From an uncultured Chloroflexia bacterium (GTDB lineage Bacteria > Chloroflexota > Limnocylindria > Limnocylindrales > CSP1-4), in NCBI GenBank assembly GCA_963697275.1, contig CAVONF010000005.1:363741-427740 (forward strand): DNA of 64,000 bases, written 5' to 3'. Of this stretch, positions 1 to 10,077 are shown in pieces; position 1 is the stretch's first letter; each line of letters starts with the position of its first letter. Position numbers and translations under genes: made by a program. The notes below the pieces were generated by a model. It was not told the origin of the DNA and made no database searches. It was given only the letters and a program-made list of their open reading frames with translations.

Positions 1-110
1 TGCAGCGACGTCATGACGACTGCCGATGATGGGTGCGGCATAGATCGACCAGCATGGCCAGGATGAAGCCGTGGAGCACGAACGAGCGGTGCAGTGGACG
101 CTCTCGACGG
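1..110 (-). CDS. Sugar ABC transporter permease (MalG-like), 5' part only; runs off the window start
   Basis: Minus-strand translation gives '...AVVMTSLQ', resembling the N-terminal transmembrane region of a second inner-membrane permease downstream of the permease at 140..1040. Confidence 0.3.
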
Positions 111-139
111 TCCTGCTCGTTGACGGTCGACCCGGCGTG

Positions 140-1040
140 TCAGCCATACAGCCGCTCCGAGGCACGGCGACTGCCGGAAGTAGATGACGATCACGATGAT
201 GGCCAGGCCGAAGAGGGCGTCGCGATGGCCGCGCCGTAGCCGAACTGGTACTTGAAGAAGGTCTCCTAGTACATGAACATGGCCAGGTTGTCCGACGTGT
301 GGAAGGGCCCACCCTTGGTCAGGACGTAGACGATGTCGAAGCCCTTGAGCGTGTTGATGACCGCGAGCGAGATGACGACCACGTCGCCGGTCGCAGCAGG
401 GGCACGATGATGCGGCGGAACTGCTGCCAGGAGTTGGCGCCGTCGATCGCGGCTGCCTCGAGAAGCTCGCTCGGGCATCGTCGTCAGCGCCGCCAGGTAG
501 AGGATCAGGCTCAGCGCTGTCTGCTGCCAGCACCAGGCCACGATGACCGCGATCAGCGAGGTCTTGGGGTCACCCAGCCAGGCCCGCGTGAGGTCATCCA
601 GTCCGACGGCCTCGAGGACGGTGTTCAGGAGGCCCCAGTCGGGCTGGTAGATCCAGGTCCAGACCTGCCCGACGACGACCAGCGAGAGCGTGATGGGCAG
701 GTAGAAGGCTCGACTTGTAGAACCGACTGCCGCGCAGCGGTCGGTCCAGCAGGACGGCCAGCAGCAGGCCCAGGATCGTGGGCACCGTCACGGCGACGAT
801 GAGCCAGAGGGCGGTGTTCTCGGAAGGACCGATGAAGTAGCGGGTCGACGAGCAGCCCGGATGTAGTTGTCGAGGCCGATGGCGTCGGGTCCCGCAGGCC
901 GCTCCACTCGGCCAGTGCTGTAGACGACCGACTGCACCAGCGGCCAGAGCACGAAGATGGCGTAGAACGCCAAGTGGCCCGGCAGCCATCGAGATCAGCG
1001 CCAGACGGTTGGTGCGCATCAGGTTCGTGTCTCGGCTCAC
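140..1040 (-). pseudogene. Sugar ABC transporter permease (MalF/UgpA-like), interrupted by at least 3 frameshifts
   Basis: Pieces in three frames: 'MSRDTNLMRTNRLALI', 'AFYAIFVLWPLVQSVVYS...GLDNYIRA', 'LWLIVAVTVPTILGLLLAVLLDRPLRGSRFYKSSLL', '[30 protein letters not shown]', 'FKYQFGYGAAIAT'. This is the classic binding-protein-dependent permease signature. Confidence 0.6.
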
Positions 1041-1046
1041 TCGCTA

Positions 1047-2485
1047 GCACCGTCTCTGTCCTCCCAGTCGTCGATGGCAGCTCGGGACGAAGTGGCGACG
1101 CCGGCCGCGACTCCGGAGCCGGCATCGCGATCGATGGCTCGCCGTGGTCAGTCGGCGCTGGCCGCACGCGAGCCATCTGGTGACTGCTGCTCGAAGGCCG
1201 CCTTGATCGTCCGTCTCTGTCTCGGCCAGGAGGCCCGGGACGTCCTGGCGGATCGTTGACATGAACTCCTGGCGAACATGTTCAGGCCCGACCACGGAGG
1301 GCGCCGGCGGCGTGGCGAGGTCGTAGTTGAAGTTGAAGGATGGCGACGGCCGCGACCACATCGAGTGCCTTCTGGAGCACGTTGTCCAGCTGCGTCGTGT
1401 CGGCAGTGACGTTGGTGCGGCATGCGCCCTGGCCGATGGCCCAGGCTCGGTCTGCACCTCGGGCTTCGCCAGGAAGGCGAGCATTGCATGGCGCCATCGG
1501 GTTCTTGGCCGCGTCGGCGCGGTGAAGCCGTCGACCGGTCCCGACGACCGCATTGGGGACGCCCGTCGACGATCGGGAACTCGAAGAAGTCGTAGTCTTC
1601 ACCGTCGGACGGCGCCGAGTGCCATCGAGGTACCCGATGAACCAGGTGCCATGAGGTTCATGGCCGCCTCGCCGTTGACCAGCTGATCGGCAGCGTCCGT
1701 CCAGTCGTGGCGTTGACGTCGCGCCGTCAGCGAAACAGCCGCGTCGACGCGCTCCTTCCAGAGGGTCCATCGCTCGCACGACCTCCGGGTCGGTGTAGGC
1801 AGGCCTCGCCGGCCATCAGCTTGGCGCGGTACTCGGGACCCGCCGTGCGCAGCAGCAGGTAGTCGAACCAGAACTGCGCCGGCCAGCGGTTCGAGGCACC
1901 CAACGAGATGGGCAGATGCCGCTGCTCCTGAAGGTCCCGCAGGCGCGCCATGAGCTCGTCCCACGTCGTCGGGATGGCTCGACGCCGGCCGTCGTCGAGG
2001 ACCTTGGGGTTGTAGAACATGCCGGCGTGTGATAGCCGAACGGGACAGTGTACTTGGCGCCGTCGTAGGTGGACGGCCGCGTCGACCATGCCTGCCGGGA
2101 ATGCGCGTCGAGGTCGTTCTCTGCCCACATCTCGTCGATGGGCATGAGCGCCCCGTTCTCGACCTTGAAAGCGGCGCGGGCGCCGGCCCAGTCGGTCAGT
2201 GCGCATCAGGCGGATTGCCTGCCGGCGAGCTGGACGAGGATGGCCGGTCTTGTAGTTCTCGTGGTCGATCTCACCGAATGTTGACGGCGTAGCCCGTCTC
2301 GGCGGTGAACTCCTCGACGATCGACGCCAGCGCCGGCCTCGCCGAGCGTCCACCGAAGTAGTGCAGGATATCGACGCTGCTCTCTCGTCCTGGGCGACGA
2401 CCGCGGCAGGTGCCGCGCTCCCAGCCAGCGCCAGGCTCGCGGCGAGCACGAAGCCCCGGCGCCACACGCTTCCGGTTCTGGTCAT
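1047..2485 (-). pseudogene. Sugar ABC transporter substrate-binding protein, frameshifted (2 or more shifts)
   Basis: Signal peptide 'MTRTGSVWRRGFVLAASLALAGSAAPA'. Substrate-binding-protein motifs lie in other frames: 'DILHYFGGRSARPALASIVEEFTAETGYAVNI' and 'AGMFYNPKVLDDGRRRAIPTTWDELMARLRDLQEQRHLPISLGASNRWPAQFWFDYLLLRTAGPEYRAKLMAGE'. Confidence 0.6.
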
Positions 2486-2550
2486 CTCCAGTCCTCCTGT
2501 CCTCCGTGCGACGTCCGCCGATGGTCGGTCCGGATCGTCGGTCGAGTCCG

Positions 2551-4368
2551 TCAGGTGCGTTTCACTGCGTCACGTCTGACCGCTGCCACCTCCCTTTCGT
2601 ACCTGCCCCTGCGCTCCGGCAGCGAGGCCGGAACGGGAACGTCCCACCAGCCGCTCACGGGACCGGCGGATTCGGGGTACTCGCGCCGGACGGGCACGAC
2701 GATGACCGTCGGTCCTCCCTCCGCGAGCGCCCGACCGATGGCGGCCCGGAGCGCCTGCTCGTCGGTCGCCTCTGTGGCCTTGACGCCGAAGCCACGGGCG
2801 ACCGTGACCAGGTCCGGCGTGATGGAGGCGCCCCGCGGCGTGCGGAACTCGGCCGCGAAGCCGTGCTCCTCGCCGTAGACGTCCATCTGCAGATCGCGGA
2901 TGGATTGCCAGCCCGCGTTGTCGACCACGACGTAGACGACGTCGAGGCCGTACTGCGCGGCCATGGCCAGCTCCTGCACCGTCATCAGGAAGTCGCCGTC
3001 CCCAGCGAAGCCGAGCACCGGTCGATCCGGTGCGGCCAGCCGGGCGCCGATGGCGCCCGGGCACCGTGAAGCCCATGGTGCTGAAGCCGTTGGGCGAGAT
3101 GACCTGCGAGGCGTCGTTGACGGTGTACTCCTGCAGGAACTGCGCCTGCGAGTGGCCGGCGCCCGTGAGCACGATGGTGTCTTCCGGGACGGCGTCGTGG
3201 ACGATGTCCAGCACCGCGGAGATGCGCAGCGGCAGGGTGCGGTCGGTGCGGCCCGGCGCCAGCTTCGCGTTCCAGGGCACCACCAGCTCGGCGATGCGGC
3301 CCTCCCAGATCGCGCGTCGCGCCGCGTCGACCGGCTCGGATGCGATCTCCGCCCAGAGCGCTTCGCAGAAGGCCCTGGCGTCGGCCACCACGCCCAGCTC
3401 GACGGGGTAGTTCTTGCCGATCTCGTACTCGTCGATGTCCACCTGGTAGAGCTTCGTGGGCGGGATGGAGAAGCGTCACCCCGGGCACGTATGAGGAGGT
3501 CGCCTCGTCGGCGAAGCGGCAGCCGATGGCGAGGATGACATCCGCCTCGCGGCACAGCGCGTTGCCGGTGTCCGTGCCCTTGGAGCCCGGGTAGCGGCCG
3601 TACAGCGGATGGTCCTCCGGCAGCACGCCCTTGGCCTGGTAGGTGGCCACCACCGGCAGGCCCAGGTGCTCCGCGATCTGGCGGAACCGGGCGGAGGCGC
3701 CGCTCTGCACGACGCCTCCGCCGGCGAGGAGGACAGGACGTTCGGCATCAGCCAGCGCCGCCCGAATCTGGGAGACGGCCCCAGCCGCGGGTGCGGGTGG
3801 CTCGGGGAGTTCGACCGGCGCGAGCCTCGGGGACGTCGGCCGCGTCGGCCTGGACATCCATGGGCACCGAGATGAGCACGGGGCCCGGGCGACCGCCGGC
3901 CGCCAGCGCGTAGGCCTGCGGCAGGATGCGCGCCAGCTGGTCCACGCGCGTGACCTGCCACTGGCGCTTGGTGATGGGCTCGAATAGCGTGGTCAGGTCC
4001 GCCCAGGCCTTGCGGTCGACCTCCTGGAGCACACCGCGCCCGAACATGTAGGTGTGCACGTCGCCGGTGAAGACGAGCATGGACGAGGAGTCCACGTAGG
4101 CCGTGGCGATGCCCACCGCGGTGTTCACGGCTCCGGGACCGATGGAGGTCATGACCGCGAGCGGCTTGCGCGCGACCCGGAAGTAGGCATCGGCGAGATG
4201 CGCGGCCGACTGCTCGTGGCGGACCTGCAGGAAGGTGGGCGTATCCCGGCCTACGAAGGCATCCACCATCGGCAGGCTGCCGTGACCGGGGATGCCAGCG
4301 ACGTAGGGGACACCGTTGGCGGCGAGGTGATCGGCGATGACCTGTCCGCCCGTGCGCAGGTTGCTCAT
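2551..4368 (-). pseudogene. Thiamine-pyrophosphate-dependent enzyme (acetolactate-synthase-like large subunit family), 3 or more frameshifts
   Basis: N-terminal TPP domain 'MSNLRTGGQVIADHLAANGVPYVAGIPGHG...MTSIGPGAVNTAVGIATAYVDSSSMLVFTGDV'. Middle domain 'RPVLLAGGGVVQSGASARFRQIAEHLGLPVVATYQAKGV' is in a second frame. C-terminal TPP-binding 'VLGFAGDGDFLMTVQELAMAAQYGLDVVYVVVDNAGWQSI' is in a third frame. Confidence 0.65.
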
Positions 4369-5163
4369 GAGACCATCCTCGAGGCTGGACCACCCAACTC
4401 CCGGCTGACTGCGTGCCGCCGTGTCCACCACGATCGGCGCCAGGACTCGCAAGCGCTCGGTGTCCATGCGGTCGGCAGGAGCGGAGATGCCCAGCGAGGC
4501 GATGACGCCGCCGATCCCGAACACGGGGGCAGCGATGCAGCGCACACCGGGGTGGTACTCGCGATCGTCCACTGCGTAGCCGGTGACGCGGATCTGGGCC
4601 AGCTCCTTGTGGAGCGCCTCCGCGCTGGTCGTGGTGCGGGGGGTGAAGGCCTCGAAGTCCAGGTTCTTGATGAGGCTCTCCGAGGTGCCCCTGGGCAGGT
4701 TGGCGATGAGCGCCTTGCCCGTCGCCGTGCAGTGCAGGGGTCCCGACTGGCCGATGGCGGCGTTGGCGGACAGCAGCGTCGTGCCGTTGAGCGTTGACAC
4801 GTAGACGACGTGATCGCCGGCCAGCACCGCAAGGTGGGTGTTCTCGCCGGAGGCGGCCCACAGCGCCTTCAGATGCGGGGCCGCCACCACCGTGAGGTCC
4901 TTCGAATCGAGCACCGATCGCGCCAGCTCGACGACACGCACGGTGGCGCCGTAGCGGCGCGTGGAGGGATCCTGCTCCACGTAGCCGAGGCGAACGAGCG
5001 CTGCCAGCGTCCGGTGCGCGTTGGCCTTGTCCAGGCCCAGCTGCTCCGCGATGTCGGTGACTCCCAGGGGTCCGTGGGCGGACACGAGCAGCTCGAGCGT
5101 CCGCAATCCCGTTGCGAGCGCACCGCGCTGGACGGGGGCCGACGCCCCTCGCTGGCCACTCAT
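4369..5163 (-). CDS. IclR-family transcriptional regulator; no stop codon before the downstream TPP enzyme (in-frame fusion or lost stop)
   Basis: HTH 'LGVTDIAEQLGLDKANAHRTLAALVRLGYVEQD' plus an IclR effector domain, about 265 aa. The ORF then continues in frame into 'MSNLRTGG...' of the TPP enzyme. Confidence 0.75.
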
Positions 5164-5610
5164 GGCAACGCGATTGTCCGCCTTGCTACGATCTCGTCAA
5201 GGGAGTTTCAGCATGGACAACCGCCGTTGTGGTCAGCCGCGTGGCCGACGCGGCCGGGCGTGGCCCATCCGAGCCGGCCCCTCCTGGGGCTCGCTTCCGC
5301 CCCTGGTCGTACCCTCGCTTCCTCCCCCGGCCTTACCTCTGAGGTCAGCAGGTTCCGTCGGACGGATGCGCGGCGCCCTCGGGCGGCCGTCACTCACCTG
5401 AGCGGTGGCAAGCGGCTGTCGGGAGACCGCGGGGAGCACTCGGAAGCCCCGAGGACCTCGTCCCGACGGTCGACTGTGACCCCAGGTGCAGGATGCGACG
5501 CACGGGGGCACTCCAGCGCCAGAGACGCCGCGCCAGAGACGCCGCGCACAGACCCCATCGCCGTCGTCTTGTTCACAGCACCGTTACCGAGGCTGACGTA
5601 GCCTGCAAGG

Positions 5611-6408
5611 ATGGACTCGCACCAGGAGCCGGGCATCCGGCACCTCACCTATGACCAGCTCGTCGCCTCCACGGCCGACCATGAGTGCCCCGGCATCGGT
5701 CGTGACCACATCTGCGTGCGCATCGCTGCCGTCGCCGACCTGCCCACCATCTTCGGCACGTTCCACATCGTGGGCTTCTGGAACGACCGCGACGGCAAGG
5801 ACCATGTCGCCATCGTCAAGGGCGATCCGTTCGACCAGGAAGACGTGCCGGTGCGGATGCACAGCGAGTGCCTGACCGGTGATGCCCTGGGGTCGCTGCG
5901 CTGCGACTGCCGTGACCAGCTGGCGGCGTCGCTGCGAGCCATCGGCGAGGAGGAGACGGGCATGGTGCTGTACCTGCGCCAGGAAGGGCGCGGCATCGGC
6001 CTGCTCAACAAGCTGCGTGCCTACGGGCTGCAGGACGAGGGCCTCGACACGGTGGATGCCAACCTGGCCCTCGGCTTTCGCGACGATGAGCGCGACTACG
6101 GCATCGCCGCTCACATGCTGGAGCTGCTGAACGTGCGCTCCATCAAGCTCATGACCAACAACCCGCGCAAGCTGGACGGGCTGCGAGAGCTCGGGATCAA
6201 CGTCACCGGCCGCATCCCGCTGGTCATCCCGGCCAATGACCACAACCGCTCCTACCTGGAGACCAAGGCGCTGCGCTCGGGCCATCTCATCGACGTCGAA
6301 GGACGGGAGCACCTGCTCGAGCAGATCGACCGCCCCATCGTCGAGGGCATGGCGCCCGAGGCCATCAGGGTGCTGGAGACCTTCGACCCCGTGGAGGCCC
6401 GCGCATGA
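5611..6408 (+). CDS. ribA: GTP cyclohydrolase II (RibA-like), stand-alone
   Basis: 'VRMHSECLTGDALGSLRCDCRDQL...GRGIGLLNKLRAYGLQDEGLDTVDANLALGF...LMTNNPRKL'. The Zn-binding cysteine triad is present. About 35 aa of N-terminal and 45 aa of C-terminal extension. Confidence 0.85.
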   Translation: MDSHQEPGIRHLTYDQLVASTADHECPGIGRDHICVRIAAVADLPTIFGTFHIVGFWNDRDGKDHVAIVKGDPFDQEDVPVRMHSECLTGDALGSLRCDCRDQLAASLRAIGEEETGMVLYLRQEGRGIGLLNKLRAYGLQDEGLDTVDANLALGFRDDERDYGIAAHMLELLNVRSIKLMTNNPRKLDGLRELGINVTGRIPLVIPANDHNRSYLETKALRSGHLIDVEGREHLLEQIDRPIVEGMAPEAIRVLETFDPVEARA

Positions 6409-7173
6409 GCAACGAGCCCACGAGCAGCGAGGAGCAGTCGATGACCGAGGACATCGTCACCACGCCTGACCGACGTGTCGCCCTCATCACCGGTGCGACC
6501 GGAGGCCTGGGTCGCGTGCTGTCCGCAGACCTGGCCGCGGCCGGCTGGGACCTGGCGCTCATCGGGTCGAACGCCGATCGTCTCGACGCCCTCAAGACGG
6601 AGCTGGGGCTGCCCGCCGGGCGCGTCCTCGGCGTCGCCGTCGACCTGCGCGAGGCCGATGTGGCCATCGACGCCATCGAGGCGGTCTACCAGCACTTCGG
6701 CCGCGTCGATGCGCTGGCCCACCTGGTGGGCGGCTGGACCGGTGGCACACGCGTCGATCGACGCCACGGATGACCCCTACGACGCCATGCTCGACCAGCA
6801 CCTCTGGTCCACCCTGAACGTCACGCGAGCGCTGGTCCCGCGCATGGTCGCTGCGGGCCACGGCCGCATCGTGGCGGTGTCATCGCCGATGGCCGCGGCA
6901 CCGGACGCCGGCATGAGCGCCTACGCCGTGGGCAAGGCGGCCCAGGAGACGCTGCTGGCGGCACTTGCCCAGGAGCTCGTGGGCACCGGGGTGACGGCCA
7001 ACGTGGTGCGGGTCCGCGCCATCGATGCGGGCAGGGTCCGCGAGGCAGATCCGCACGGCAAGGGCGCCTCGATGACCACACCGGCGGAGATCTCGGCCGC
7101 GATCCGCTACCTCTTCAGCGACGAGGCGCGGGTCGTCAACGGCCAGCGCATCGGACTCCACAGCGGCATCTAG
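6405..7173 (+). CDS. SDR-family oxidoreductase, single frameshift near 6750; start overlaps the ribA stop (ATGA)
   Basis: 'RVALITGATGGLGRVLSADLAAAGWDLALIGSNADRLDAL' in one frame. 'RIVAVSSPMAAAPDAGMSAYAVGKAAQETLLAALAQELVGTGVTANVVRVRAID' (YxxxK) in the next. Confidence 0.7.
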
Positions 7174-7566
7174 CCGCGCTGGAGGCGCCGGCGCTTCCGT
7201 CCGTCTGTCGTTGCCCGCGCCTCGTTGTTCGCCCGGAGCGAACGAATGCTGCGCGTCCGTCGAGCCGTGAGTGCTTGAGGTCCCGCCTCGGCCGCGGAGA
7301 CAGCCGAGTCGTTCGGCGACGGCGGACGATCGCATCGAGAGCTGGCCGACACCTCGCCGTCGAGCGTGATCCGTTCGCCCGCAGCGGACGACCAACAGGT
7401 CCGCCAGAAGCGATCGGCCTCGACGCGCCCCTGCGCCCGGCACTTGCGCCACGTTGGACCCCGCACCCATGCCTGCCCCGGTGCCCCGCCCCCGTGCCTG
7501 CGCCGCACCCGCGGCGCTCGTCCCTCGATGTCACGATCGGTCGACGTGAGGCCGATGCGTCGTTGG

Positions 7567-8220
7567 CTACGCTGACTCCCGGGCCAGCTCTGCGCGCACT
7601 GCGTCGGCTACGGCCGTTCCCAGGGCAGCGTGACCGCCGGGGTCCAGGTGGACGCCGTCGAGCGGACTGACCTGCGTCACCGAGCCGGCATCGAAGAAGC
7701 CGACGCCGATCCCCTCCGCCACGAGGCGATACATGCCCGCCAGTCGTCGCGACTCCTCGCGCGCCGCGCCGAAGCCCCACAGCTCGCTGTGGGCCGTGAC
7801 CTTGCCCAGTGGCACCGGTGACACGAGCAGCACCCGGGGTGGCATGCCATCGGGCCCGCAGAGGGTCCCCCTGGCCACGTCCACGAGGGCGCTGGCCCCG
7901 CAGGCGATCTCGCTGGCCGTGTGGCCGTAGATGCGCTTCGTGTCGTTCGTCCCGAGCATGATGATGACGAGGTCCACCGGGCGATGCGAGAGCAGGCACG
8001 GCGCGAGGTAGGTGAGGCCGTTGCGGCCGGGCTCGATGGCTGTATCCCAGACGGTGCAGCGACCGTTGAGGCCCTCCTCGATGACCTCGTAGCCCTCCCC
8101 GAGCGCGGCCCGCATGATGCCCGGCCAGCGCACCTCTCGCGGCAGGCGTCCGCCCACGCTCTGGTCCGGGTTGGCGCCGTGGGTGTTGGAGTCGCCGAAG
8201 CAGACGATGGTCCGGGTCAT
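7567..8220 (-). CDS. SGNH/GDSL-family hydrolase
   Basis: 'MTRTIVCFGDSNTHG...LVIIMLGTNDT...DGVHLDPGGHAALG'. The ATG overlaps the stop of the upstream oxidase (ATGA). Confidence 0.8.
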   Translation of the reverse strand: MTRTIVCFGDSNTHGANPDQSVGGRLPREVRWPGIMRAALGEGYEVIEEGLNGRCTVWDTAIEPGRNGLTYLAPCLLSHRPVDLVIIMLGTNDTKRIYGHTASEIACGASALVDVARGTLCGPDGMPPRVLLVSPVPLGKVTAHSELWGFGAAREESRRLAGMYRLVAEGIGVGFFDAGSVTQVSPLDGVHLDPGGHAALGTAVADAVRAELARESA

Positions 8221-9359
8221 ACCCTGTCTCCTTCCGTGAACCGATCGATGCGGAACATGCTGATGTCGTGGCTGGTCGCACCATCGAGGGCCAGGTCGGC
8301 CGCGATCTCGCCGACCACGCTGGCGAACTTGAAGCCGTGCCCGCTGCAGGGTGACACCACCACGACCTGGGGTGCCTCGGGCAGGGTGTCGATGACGAAG
8401 TGCTCGTCGGGCGTGTTGGTGAAGAGGCACGAGCGCAGCGTCAGCGCCGGCCCGTCGGCGTCGGGGAAGTAGCGGCTCGTGCCGGTCCGCAGCACGGCCT
8501 CGTCCTCCGGCCCCACGGCGCTCCACTCCACGCTCTCGGGATCGACGAGCTGCCCGCGGTGGTGGTAGAGCCCCAGCTTGAAGCCGGGGATGCCGTACTC
8601 CGGGAAACCGTAGAAGCGGCCCTCCGGGGCCTCCAGGATGAAGACGGGGAAGGCACCGACGGCGAAGCGCTCCGGATGCGACGTCCGCGACCACATCAGC
8701 ACCTGCCGCTCCGGGACCAGCACATCCGCCAGCCCGGGCAGCATCCGGCCAGCCCAGGCGCCCGCGCTGATGACCAGCCGCCGCGCCCGATACGTGTCTC
8801 GCGTCGTGCGCACCACCACGCCGTCGCCTTCCGGACGCCACTCGAGGACGCCTTCGTGGCCGCGCAGGTCAGCGCCGTCGGCGAGGGCCAGGCGCGCATG
8901 TGCCGCGATGGACCGCCCACTGAGCACGAACCCTCCGTCGGGCTGGTAGACGGCTGCGAACTCGTTAGGCACCCGGAAGCCCGGGAACCGTGCCATCAGC
9001 TCGCCGGCCTCGAGCAGTCGATGCTCCAGGTCGTGGACGCGACAGGCTTCCAGCGAACCACGCACGGTCTCGCTGTCCGGCGGGCCGACGTCCACGCCGC
9101 CGGTGATGAAGAGGATGGGCTCGCCAGCCCGCTCCTCCAGGTCGCGCCAGCGCTGGTAGGCGCGGCGCAGCAGCGGGACGTAGGCCGGGTCCTCCATGTA
9201 GGCCAGCCGGATGATGCGGTTGATGCCCTGTGATGAGCCTTGGTCGTTGGGGATGCTGCCGCGGTCCAGTCCCAGCGCCCGGGCGCCGCGCGCCGCCAGC
9301 TCGGCGACCGCGGCGCTGCCCATGCCGCCCACGCCGGCGACGATGACGTCGTAGTCCAT
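8217..9359 (-). CDS. FAD-dependent N-methyl-L-tryptophan/sarcosine oxidase (MSOX/SolA family)
   Basis: 'MDYDVIVAGVGGMGSAAVAELAARG' Rossmann fold and '...SPCSGHGFKFASVVGEIAADLAL'. Intact 380 aa. Confidence 0.8.
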   Translation of the reverse strand: MDYDVIVAGVGGMGSAAVAELAARGARALGLDRGSIPNDQGSSQGINRIIRLAYMEDPAYVPLLRRAYQRWRDLEERAGEPILFITGGVDVGPPDSETVRGSLEACRVHDLEHRLLEAGELMARFPGFRVPNEFAAVYQPDGGFVLSGRSIAAHARLALADGADLRGHEGVLEWRPEGDGVVVRTTRDTYRARRLVISAGAWAGRMLPGLADVLVPERQVLMWSRTSHPERFAVGAFPVFILEAPEGRFYGFPEYGIPGFKLGLYHHRGQLVDPESVEWSAVGPEDEAVLRTGTSRYFPDADGPALTLRSCLFTNTPDEHFVIDTLPEAPQVVVVSPCSGHGFKFASVVGEIAADLALDGATSHDISMFRIDRFTEGDRV

Positions 9360-9425
9360 GGCTCCGCGACCTCCCCCGCTGGCGTCCGCGCCGATCGCTG
9401 ACGCTCGCGATCAGTCCGGATGGTC

Positions 9426-9451
9426 AAGGCCGGGCTGTCCGGCCCGGCCTT
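9426..9451 (-). terminator. GC-rich hairpin (10-bp perfect stem) downstream of membrane protein gene 9514..9933
   Basis: AAGGCCGGGC-tgtccg-GCCCGGCCTT seen directly. No U-tract. Confidence 0.35.
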
Positions 9452-9513
9452 GCGTGCGTTCGATCACCGCGGGCCTCGATGGCCGCAGGCCCCGGGACCC
9501 CGACGCTTCCTGA

Positions 9514-9933
9514 CTACGGGTTGGGGGAGCCCGCCTCCGCGGCTGCGAAGGCATCCCGGATGTCCTCGCGGCTGGTGTACCAGAGCAGGAAGGCCGGGAT
9601 GGCGGCGGCTGCCAGGCCATAGGCGATGTTGTTGGTGGCCAGCAGCACGAACATGGCGTCCACGAGTCCGAAGACGGCCATGATCATGGTGAAGATGAGC
9701 GCCCACGGCCGCATCGACCAGAGCGCCCAGCCCACGGCCAGATAGATGAGCCCGACGACGATCGCCATGATGCCGACCCAGCCGACGCCGGTGCCCTCGA
9801 GCTTGTCGCTGAAGATGCCTCCGAGCAGGAGCTGTGCGCCGATGACCAACCTGACCACGGCGATGGCGATAGCGAGCGCCCCCAGCACGAGCACTCCGAA
9901 GGGACGGTTCAACATAACGGGGCGTGCCTCCAT
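9514..9933 (-). CDS. Small integral membrane protein (4 TM), unknown function
   Basis: 'MLNRPFGVLVLGALAIAIAVVRLVIGAQLLLGGIF...IMAIVVGLIYLAVGWALW...' with coding-like composition. Start uncertain (9933 or 9915). Confidence 0.55.
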   Translation of the reverse strand: MEARPVMLNRPFGVLVLGALAIAIAVVRLVIGAQLLLGGIFSDKLEGTGVGWVGIMAIVVGLIYLAVGWALWSMRPWALIFTMIMAVFGLVDAMFVLLATNNIAYGLAAAAIPAFLLWYTSREDIRDAFAAAEAGSPNP

Positions 9934-10077
9934 GCTGCTGCCGGTGGCCCCTCGCGACGACCGTGGGCGACTCCCGGCGCGTCTGGCACGTAGCCTATCG
10001 CAGCGCACCCACCGCGCAACCCCCGAATCTCGAAGCGACGGACGCCGCGCTGGCGCCCGCCGCTCGAGGGCCGGGGA

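Noticed and set aside
5164-5610. Possible FMN riboswitch upstream of ribA (segment 'CCGACGGTCGACTGTGACCCCAGGTGCAGGATGCGAC').
   Set aside because: Only loose resemblance to the 3' half of the RFN consensus. The conserved 5' 'GGGTGAAATTCCC...ACCGGCGGT' blocks were not found by eye. It needs a covariance-model search.
7174-7566. A 390-bp gap between convergent SDR and SGNH genes with a 112-aa minus-strand ORF and a small GTTCGC…GCGAAC hairpin.
   Set aside because: The ORF translation is low-complexity with no homolog signature. The hairpin is short. Possibly a small RNA or a terminator region, but nothing supports it.
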